This document shows positions 14,314 to 24,517 of a stretch of DNA of 64,000 nt, piece after piece. A program made the position numbers and the translations under genes. Origin of the DNA: Macrostomum lignano. Taxonomy: Eukaryota. The notes under the pieces are model-generated. The model did no database searches and was not told the DNA's origin. It saw only the letters and a program-made list of their open reading frames with translations. How positions within the stretch are numbered: position 1 is the stretch's first letter; each line of letters begins with the position of its first letter. The DNA lies in contig NIVC01000615.1 in the NCBI GenBank assembly GCA_002269645.1, positions 1 to 64,000 on the forward strand, given 5' to 3'.

Positions 14314-15949
14314 TAATACTAAAACTGGTGCGTTGTTTGTCTGTGTGATACATATCTCCTCCTAGACGACTTGCAAGTCAGCGTCGAAACTTATATGGGA
14401 AAACTGCAAGTTTTCCGAGGATGGCAGTGGGCTATTTCAATTTTTTATTTTTACATTTTAAGATCCCGAAAAAAGCAAAAAACTGCAATCTTGACCTTTG
14501 ATAATCTTATTTGTCGCCTCTTTCTGCTTGGAGCTAAAAATTTGCATGAATTTTGAGCGATTGCGCCATAACTTTCTCCTATCTCTGCAGTGTATTTTCT
14601 CTCCAGTGGGGGTGCTCGCGTTCTCAGTGGCGGCGTGTGTACACTTGGACCTTGGCGCACGGGCTGACTGTATAGACAATTGCGCAACGATACGTGCTCT
14701 GATTTTCAATTAGGCAGCCCGGTGTATTTTTTGCACACTGAAATTCAATGCATCAACATGCGAGCCTTTTTAGCAGGCAGGTGAACGTACACTCGATACT
14801 TCAATGCTTTAAATCGGGACATTTCAAACGCTAACTGTTGCTCGAGTTCTAAACTTTAAAAGAATAGACTTATATTGCTGGAAAGATCTTGCAACACTGA
14901 GTTCGGGGATATAAGTTGTTTGTTTTAAATGTGAAAAGAAAAAACACAGCGATCGAAAACAACTTCCATACTTTTTACTTTCTGGAAAGATTGTACTCAT
15001 TTTGGGGTTCAATGGGGTTCGACCAACCCCCCAACAGTTGGTGGGAGGGGGGGCGGTTCAACTTTTAATTGCCACTGCGGAAGGGGGTCAGTCGCTGTGT
15101 ATTGGAGGGTTGATTTAGATTGCGCAATCATTTCGTGTGCACTTGGACCTTGGCGCACGGGCTGACTGTATAGACAATTGCAATTCACTGTTGCAGGCAG
15201 TGAACGTACACTCGATATTTCAATGCTTAAAATCAGAAAGTTTCAAACACTAACTGTTGCTCGAGTTTTGAACTTAGAGAGGAGAGACTTATATTGCTGG
15301 AAAGATCTTGCTGCGATGAGTTCGGGGATATAAGTTTTTTGCTTTAAATATGAAAATTAAATTCACAGCATTCAAGAAAAGATTTTCATACTTTTAGCTT
15401 TCTGCAAAGATTGTTCTCATTTTGGAGTTCAATGGGGGTTCGACCGACCCCCAATAGTTGGTGAGGGGGGGTTCAATTTCTAGCTGCACTGCGTATTGGA
15501 AGGGGGGTCGGTTGCTGTGTATTTGAGGGTTGATTTAGATTGCGCAATCTTTTTGTTAACTTTAACTTTTTGAGGCTGATACTGACTGCCTGAGAAATAA
15601 GTTGCGCAATTTAATTGGTTCAATGTTTTTACGGCGTCTATCAACACGCAGCTGTGTGTAGCTCTAACCCTAACCCTAACCTTAACCAATGAATTCTGAG
15701 AGCTGGGCCGTTTGACGTAGAAATTTCGATTTAGTCCAGTTTCACGGAGAGGATTTCTATTTCGCGGAGAATATTTCGATGGTGTTCAGTTTCACGGAGA
15801 GGATTTCGATAGTGTTCAGTTTCACGGAGACGATTTCTGTTGCGCGGAGAGGTGTTGGAAAATGGGATTCCGCTGATGGAGTTCAGGGAATGGAATTCCG
15901 CTGATTGGAGTTCTTCCCCTTTCTTCTCCGAAGGAGGAGTTGGCCTCGT
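14314..15949 (+). mobile_element. Family-A unit 8 (chimeric, no GA tract)
   Basis: Unit-7-like first half joined near 15128-15190 to a unit-4-like second half; CCCTAA tract 15665-15687. Confidence 0.7.
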
Positions 15950-18414
15950 CTACATATACTAAAGTTGACGCGTTGTTTGTCTGTCTGTATGTCTGTCTGT
16001 CATTTCGACAACTCCTCCTTGAATAGTGGCAACTCAGCGTTGAAACTTATATGGGAAGATTGGAAATTATCCGAGGTCGGCTATAGGCTATTTTAATTCT
16101 GAAATTTTAATTTCTAAGATCCTCAAAAAAGCAGAAAACTGCCTTTTTGACCCCCAATAACCTTCTTTTGCCACACTGCCTGGGGCTGCAGCCAGTTTGT
16201 AAAAATAGCCACCCCAACCTCCGCCCGCGGGCCGCTGTGTATTGAGGGGTGGTGGGTGCGCGTGTTCTGCGTTCAATGCAAATAAAACCCCCCGCGTGTT
16301 GGGGGGTTGAGTTGAATTTAATGATTCCCCCAGAACGGGGGTAGGGCTTGGGCTGAGTGTACATAGCAGTTGTACAGTGTAAATAGATAGACTGTGTCGA
16401 GATTCAATTGTTTTTATTATCAGCTTGGCAATAAAATTCAATGAACAAACTTGCGAGCCTCTCAGGCAAGCAGTCGGGAAATTGGGAAATTTCAAACGCT
16501 AACTGTTCCTCGATTTTTGAACTTTGAGAGGAGAGACTTATATTGCTGGAAAGAGCTTGCAACGCTGAGTTCGGGGTTATAATTTTCTTGCTTTAATCAT
16601 GGAAACAAAAAGCACAGCATTCAAGAAAAAATCATTCTTTTAACTTTCTGAGACGTGTTCTGGCGTACAATTCAATTAAAACACCCCGTGTTGGGGGTGG
16701 CGGCGATAGGGCTCAGTGTACACAGTGAATGCCCAGTAGAGGCTACAGATAGCAATGAAATGAAAGAACGATGAAATTATGGTAGCCCTAACCCTAACCC
16801 TAACTCCAACCCTAACCACTGACGCCTTTAACTTGAATACTTTTAAGTATGGAAAGCATCTTTTGGATCTCTATTGAGCAGTTTTGATGGACTGCAATTT
16901 CATGGAGATGTCGGGTATTATGATTAAAAATTGATGAATCGCACCTTGACGAAGATTATATTGATAGATTGACGTTGAAAGGAGAGGATTTTGATGGAAT
17001 TCAGTTTCATGAAAAGAATTTGATGAAGTTCTGTTTCACGGAGACGATTTCGATGGCTTTCAGTTTCCCAAAGAAAATTTTTATAGATTTCTGTTTCACT
17101 GAGAGGATTTCGATGGTTTTCAGTTTCACGGAGAGGACTTCAGTGGTTGTCAGCTTCACGGAGAGGCTTTTGATTGTGTTGTGTTGTGTTCTGTTCAATG
17201 AAGAGGTTTTTGGTGGAGTTTTGTTCAACGAAGAGGACTTAGAAGTATTTCTGTTTTACGGAGAGGATTTCGATGGACTTTGCACCTTCACTCAGTCAGA
17301 GAAGAGAGAAAAGAGAAGAATGAAAAGAGAAGAGAGATGAGATGAGATGATAGAAAACAGAGTAGAAATGAGTGGAGAGATTAGACATGACAGATGGGAG
17401 AGAAGAGGGAAGTAAGGCGGGAACGAAGGAGAGAGAAGAGAGAGAAGAGAGAAGGAGAGAAGGAGAGAGGAGATGAAGGAAGAGGATATGAGAGAGGAGA
17501 TATGAGATAGCAGAGAGGAGACAGGACAGAGAAGAAAAGAGGGATAAGAGCGCACAGAGGCAATAGAAGAGAGGAAAGAGAGGAGAGAGGTGAGAGTTGA
17601 GAGAAGAGAGATGAAAGATCAGAGATCAGAGATTTAAGAGAAGAAAGTAGTGAGGAAAAAGAAGAGGGTAAAGATGAGAGTGCAGAGAGGAGAGAAACGA
17701 GAGGAGACAGGTGGTAGAAAGGAGTGTAAAAAACAGGAGATAAGAAAGGAGAGGGTGAGAGTGAGAGCATATAGGAAAGTGTAAAAGGGGAGCAGAGGAG
17801 AGAGAATAGATAAGTGAGTAGAGAAGAGATATGAGAGAGGAGAGATTCGAGATTAGAGAAGAGATGAGGGGAGATGAGAGGAGAGAAGAGAGTATGGAGA
17901 GGAGAGAAAAGAGAGGAGAGGAGACAGGTGATGCAGTAGAAAGGGAAGAAAGATGGTAGATAAGAAAGGAGAGGGTGAGAGCGTATAAGAGATACGAGAA
18001 ATGAGAGCAGAGAGAAGAGAGAAAAGGGAAGAGATAAAGTAGAGCGGAGACGATAGATAAGTGAGTAGAGATGAGATATGAGAGAGAAGAGATAAGCGAG
18101 AAGAGTAGGAATAGAGGAGAGAGAGAAGCGAGAGAAGGAAGAGGAGGGAGAAGAGAGATGAAAGATCAGAGATGAGAGAGATGAAAGTGTACAGAGGAGT
18201 AATTAGTGAGAAGAAAGAAGAGGGTAAAAATAAAAATCAGAGCGCAGGGCGCAAGAGATGAGAGATGGGAGTTGATAGATTGTAGAGGATTTGGAGATGA
18301 TTTGGAAGATGGGATTCAATTCATGGAATTTCAGCTGATAGGAGTTCTTCCCCTTCAGAATTCCGGTGATGGGAGTTCTTCCCCTTTCTCCTCCAGAGGA
18401 GGAGTTCCACTCGT
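15950..18414 (+). mobile_element. Family-A unit 9 (first unit with the alternative GC-rich module)
   Basis: Unit-3/5-type head switches at ~16140 to the CCCCAATAACCTTC...CCGCCCGCGG module; CCCTAA tract 16786-16817; GA tract ~17300-18200. Confidence 0.75.
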
Positions 18415-19657
18415 CTATCTTTTTAATACTAAAACTGGTGCGTTGTTTGTTTGTCTGTATGTGTGTTGCAATTTTTCTCCTAGACTACTGACAAGTCAGC
18501 GTTGAAACTTATATGGGAAAACTGCAAATTTTCCGGATTGGGTTTATAGCTATTTTAATCTTTAATTTTTATATTTTAAGATCCCTAAAAAAGCAGAAAA
18601 CTGATTTCCTAACCTTCTTTGGCCCTTCTGTGGCCACTCTGCCTCTCCAGTGGAGGGGTTGCAGTCTGTTTGTAAAAATAGCCACCCCAACCTCCGCCCG
18701 CGGGTCGCTGTGTTTTGGGGGGGGTGGGTGCGCGTGTTCCGCGTTCAATGCAAAACCCCCCCGCGTGTTGGGGTGCAGTTAATTTAATCAGAATGAGGGG
18801 GGTTGGGCTTGGGCTGAGTGTAAATAGCAATAGTTAGGACGGGTCGAGATTCAATTGGTTTTATTTTCGGCGCCTTTCAAGACGCAGCCCTGTGTATTTG
18901 CTGGGCAGTGAAATTCAATGAAATAAACTTGCAAGCCTCTGTCTCAGCTCAATGCAGCAAGCAGTTGGGGAATCGGAAAATTTCAAATGCTAACTGTTCC
19001 TTAAGTTTTAAACTCTGAGAGGAGAGACTTACATTGCTGGAAATATTTTGCAACGCTGAGTTCGGGGATATAAGTTGTTTGCTTTCAATATTAAAACTAC
19101 AGCAGGGTATTTAAAAACGATTTCCATACTTTTAACTTTTTGAAAGAGTGTACTTATTTTTGCGATAGGTCGGATATAAAGTTGGGGGGGGGTTCAACTT
19201 TTACTTGCCGCTGTGTATTGGAGGGGGTCGGTCACTGTGTGTTGGATGGTTGATTTAAATTGCGCAATCATTTTGTTAACTTTAACTGAGAGTGATACTG
19301 ACTGACTGAGAAATAAATTGCGCAGTCAATTAATTCAATTAGTTCAATTTTTACTTATCGGCGCCTTTTAAAGGTTAGGCAGCTCTGTGCAGCTCTAACC
19401 CTAACCCTAACCACTGAATCCTGAGTGTTGAGTTCTTTTTGACGGAGAAAATTTTGATTCAGTCCAGTTTCAGGGAGAGAATTTCGATGGTTTTCAGTTT
19501 CACGGAGAGGATTTCTCTTTCACGGAGAGGATTTCGATGGTGTTCAGTTTCGCGGAGCTTATTTGGATAATGGGATTCAGCTGATGGATTTCAGGGAATG
19601 GAATTCTGATGATGGGAGTTCTTCCCCTTTCTCCTCCATCGGAGGAGTTGGCCTCGT
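18415..19657 (+). mobile_element. Family-A unit 10 (short type, alternative module)
   Basis: CCCTAA tract 19396-19412; no GA tract; hairpin loop ATC; ends TTGGCCTCGT. Confidence 0.75.
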
Positions 19658-22044
19658 CTCTTCTTCCTTATACTAAAACCGACGCGATGTTTGTCTGTCT
19701 GTCTGTATGCATTAAGTGAACTCCTACAATTCTGCCAAGTCAGCGTCGAAACTTATATGGGAAAACTGCAAATTTTCCGGAGCAGGCTTTAGGCTTACTA
19801 ATACTAAAACCGACGCGATGTTTGTCTGTCTGTCTGTATGCATTAAGTGAACTCCTACAATTCTGCCAAGTCAGCGTCGAAACTTATATGGGAAAACTGC
19901 AAATTTTCCGGAGCAGGCTTTAGGCTATCCTAATACTAAAACTGACGCGATGTTTGTCTGTCTGTCTGTATGCATTAAGTGAACTCCTACAATTCTGCCA
20001 AGTCAGCGTTGAAACTTATATGGGAAAACTGCAAATTTTCCGGAGCAGGCTTTAGGCTATTTTTTCCTTATACTAAAACCGACGCGATGTTTGTCTGTCT
20101 GTCTGTATGCATTAAGTGAACTCCTACAATTCTGCCAAGTCAGCGTCGAAACTTATATGGGAAAACTGCAAATTTTCCGGAGCAGGCTTTAGGCTATTTT
20201 AATTTTTAATTTTCACATTTTAACATCCCTAAAAAAGCAGAAAACTGCTTTTTTAACCCCCAATAACCTTCTTTGGCCACTCTGACTGGGGCTGCAGCCA
20301 GTTTGTAAAAATAGCCACCCCAACCTCCGCCCGCGAGCCGCTGTGTATTGAGGGGTGGTGGGTGCGCGTGTTCTGGGTTCAATGCAAATAAAACCCCCCG
20401 CGTGTTGGGGTGAGTTAAATTTAATGCTTAACCCAGAACGGGGGTTGGGCTTGGGCTGAGTGTACATAGCAGTTGTACAGTGTGAATAGATAGACTGTGT
20501 CGAGATTCATTTGGTTTTATTATTGGCGCCTTTTTTCCTTAGGCAGCCCTGTGTATTAGTTTGGCAGTGAAATTCAATGAATAAACTTGCGAGCTTCTCT
20601 AGCAACTTAGCAAGCAGTCGGGAAATTGGTAAATTTCAAACGCTAACTGTTCCTCGAGTTTTAAACTTTGAGAGGAGAAACTTATATTGCTGGAAAGATC
20701 TTGCAACGCTGAGTTCGGGGATATAAGTTGTTTGCTTTAAATATGAAAAGAAAAAGCACAGCATTTAAAAAACTATTTCCATACTTTTAACTTTCTGCAA
20801 AAATTGTACTCAGTTTTGCGAGACGTAATAGATAAAGTTGGGCGTATTGGAAGGGGGTCTGCCGCTGCGTATTGGAGGGTTGATTTAGATTGCGCAACCG
20901 TTTATTTAACTTTAAATAAGACTGATACTGTCTGACTGAAAAATGGTTTGCGCAATTAATTGATTCAATTAATTCAACACGCAGCTCTGTGCAGCTCGAA
21001 CCCTAACCCTAACCAATGAATTCTGAGAGTTAAGTTCTTTTTGACAGAGAAAATTTCGATTGAGTCCAGTTTCACGGAGTATTCTGATGGTTTTCGGTTT
21101 CACGGAGAGGATTTCTTTTTCGTGGAGAGAATCTAGATGTATTTCTGTTTTACGGAGACGATTTTGATGGATGTCAGTTTCACTCAGAGGATTTCCATGG
21201 AGCCCAGTTTCACGGAGAGGATTTCTGTTTGGCGGATTGGATTTCGAAAGGAGTCCAGTTTCACGGAGAGGGTTTCTGTTTCGCGGAGAGGATTTCTGTT
21301 TCGCGGAGAGGATTTCTGTTTCGCGGAGAGGATTTCTGTTTCATGGAGGGATTTTGATGGATTTGGTATCTTCAGTCAGTCAGTAAAGAGAGTAAAGAGA
21401 AGAGTGAAAAGAGAAGAGAGAAGAGTGAAAAGAGAAGAGAGAAGAGTGAAAAGAGAAGAGAGAAGAGATTATAGAAAAGAGAGTAGAGATGAGAGAGGAC
21501 AGATTAGACATGACAGATGGGAGAGAAGAGGGGAGTAAGGCGGGAACGAAGATGGAGAGAGAAGAAAAGAGGAGAGAGGAGATGAGAGGGAAGATATGAG
21601 ATAGCAGAGGGAGACAGGAGAGATGAGAGGAGAGAGAAGAGAGGAGCTGAGAGTAGAGGAGAAAGAAAAAGTGAGATGAGGCATGAGGGATGAGAGATGA
21701 GAGAGGAGAGAAGAGAGGAGAGAGGAAAAAACAGGGGATAAAGGAGACAGGAGAGAAAGACGAAAGACGAGGGAGAAGAGATAAATAAGGTGGTAGAGAT
21801 GAGAGACGTGAGAGGAGAGAAAAGAGAAGAGAGGAGACAGAAGAATCTGAGTCTGGACAATGGCAGTCAGTTTTTGCGAACAGAGAAAACAAGATATGGT
21901 ATTTGAAAGGCTTTACAGAGGATTTGGAGATGATTTGGAAGATGGGATTCAAGTCATGGAATTTCCGCTGATGGATTTCAGGGAATGGAATTCCGGTGAT
22001 GGGAGTTCTTCCCCTTTCTCCTCCAGAGGAGGAGTTGGCCTCGT
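19658..22044 (+). mobile_element. Family-A unit 11 with four stacked 5' heads
   Basis: ATACTAAAAC heads at 19670, 19801, 19933 and 20070; CCCTAA tract 20999-21014; GA tract ~21385-21845. Confidence 0.75.
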
Positions 22045-24517
22045 TCCTAATACTAAAACCGACGCGATGTTTGTCTGTCTGTATGTCTGTCTGTCTGTAT
22101 GTAGCAAGTGAACTCCTACAATTCTGCCAAGTCAGCGTCGAAACTTATATGGGAAAACTGCAAATTTTCCGGATCAGGCTTTAGGCTATTTTAATTTTTA
22201 ATTTTCACATTTTAACATCCCTAAAAAAGCAGAAAACTGCTTTTTTAACCCCCAATAACCTTCTTTGGCCACTCTGCCTGGGGCTGCAGCCAGTTTGTAA
22301 AAATAGCCACCCCAACCTCCGCCCGCGGCCGCTGTGTATTGAGGGGTGGTGGGTGCGCGTGTTCTCCGTTCAATGCAAATAAACCCCCCCGCGTGTTGGG
22401 GGTTAAGTTCAATTTAATGATTCCCCCAGACTGGGGGGTTGGGCTTGGGCTGAGTGTACATAGCAGTTGTACAGTGTAAACAGATATACTGTGTCGAGAT
22501 TCAATTGGTTTTATTATCGGCCCTGTGTATTAGCTGGGCAGTGAAATTCAATGAACAAACTTTCGAGCCTCTCAGGCAAGCAGTCGGGAAATTGGTAAAT
22601 TTCAAACGCTAACTGTTCCTCGATTTTTAAACTTTGAGAGGAGAGACTTATATTGCTGGAAAGAGCTTGCAACGCTGAGTTCGGGGATATAAGTTTCTTG
22701 CTTTAAACATGAAAACAAAAAGCACAGCATTCAAGAAAAAATCATTCTTTTAACTTTCTGAGACGTGTTCTGGCGTACAATTCAATTAAAACACCCCGTG
22801 TTGGGGGTGGCGGCGATAGGGCTCAGTGTACACAGTGAATGCCCAGTAGAGGCTACAGATAGCAATGAAATGAAAGAACGATGAAATTATGGTAGCCCTA
22901 ACCCTAACCCTAACTCCAACCCTAACCACTGACGCCTTTAGCTTGAATACTTTTAAGTATGGAAAGCATCTTTTGGATCTCTATTGAGCAGTTTTGATTG
23001 ACTGCAATTTCATGGAGATGTCGGGTATTATGATTAAAAATTGATGAATCGCACCTTGACGAAGATTATATTGATAGATTGACGTTGAAAGGAGAGTATT
23101 TTGATGGAATTCAGTTTCATGAAAAGAATTTGATGAAGTTCTGTTTCACGGAGACGATTTCGATGGCTTTCAGTTTCCCAAAGAAAAATTTTATAGATTT
23201 CTGTTTCACTGAGAGGATTTCGATGGTTTTCAGTTTCACGGAGAGGACTTCAGTGGTTGTCAGCTTCACGGAGAGGCTTTTGATTGTGTTGTGTTGTGTT
23301 CTGTTCAATGAAGAGGTTTTTGGTGGAGTTTTGTTCAACGAAGAGGACTTAGAAGTATTTCTGTTTTACGGAGAGGATTTCGATGGACTTTGCACCTTCA
23401 CTCAGTCAGAGAAGAGAGAAAAGAGAAGAGAGATGATAGAAAAGAGATTAGATATGAGAGAGGAGAGATTAGAGATGAGAGAGAAGAGGGGAGTAAGGCG
23501 AGAATGAAAAGGGAGAAAGAAGAGAAGAGGAGAGAGGAAATGAGAGAGGGGATATGAGATAGCAGAGGGAGACAGGAGAGATGAGAGGAGAGAAGAGAAG
23601 GAGGATAAAAGAGGGGAGAGTAGAGGAGAAAGAAGGAGTGAGATGAGGGATGAGAGATGAGAGAGGAGGGGAGAGAGAAGAGAGGAGAAAAGAGGGGAGA
23701 AATGAGACAGGAGAGTAGAGACGAAAGACCAGGGAGAAGATATAAATAAGGTAGTATAGATGAGAGGAGAGAGAGGAGAGAGAGAAGCGAGAGGAGAAGA
23801 GAGAGAGGAGAGAGGAAAGAGATGAAAGATCAGAGATAAGAGAGTTAAGAGAAGGAAAGTAGTGAGGAGAGGAGAGATGAGAGATGCGATGAGAAAAGAG
23901 ATGAGCGAGAACATAAGAGAGAAGAGATTAGAGATTAGAGAAGAGAGGGGAGAAGATGAAAGGAGAAAGGAGAGGAGAGAAGAGAGAATGGAGAGGATAG
24001 AAAAGAGAGAAGAGAAGAGACAGGGGATAGTGGTAAGGAGGAAAGAAAGATGGGAGACAAGAAAGTAGAGTGTATATGAGATATGAGAAATGAGAAGCAG
24101 ATAGGAGAGAAAAGAGAAGAGAGAGAGGGTTAAGAGAGACGATAGATAAGTAAGGAGAGATGACATATGAGAGAGGAGAGAAGAGGGAGAGATATGAGAG
24201 AAGAGAGGAGACAAGAGACAGGAGAGGGTACAAACGAAAGACGAGGGAGAAGAGATAAATAAGGGAGTAGGGGTAGAGATGAGATGAGAGAGAGGAGAGA
24301 GAAGAGAGTCACGATAATAGCGAATAGAAGAGAGAGGAGATATGAGAGACGTGAGAGTCTTTGAGCTATGGTCTTTGAAAGGTTTGTAAAGAATTTGGAG
24401 ACGATTTGGAAGATGGGATTCAAGACATGGAATTTCAGTTGATGGATAATTCAGGGAATGGAATTCCGGTGATGGGAGTTCTTCCCCTTTCTCCTCCGGA
24501 GGAGGAGTTCCACTCGT
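22045..24517 (+). mobile_element. Family-A unit 12 (middle near-identical to unit 9)
   Basis: ~22720-23420 matches ~16610-17310; CCCTAA tract 22896-22927; GA tract ~23405-24350; hairpin loop GGA. Confidence 0.75.
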
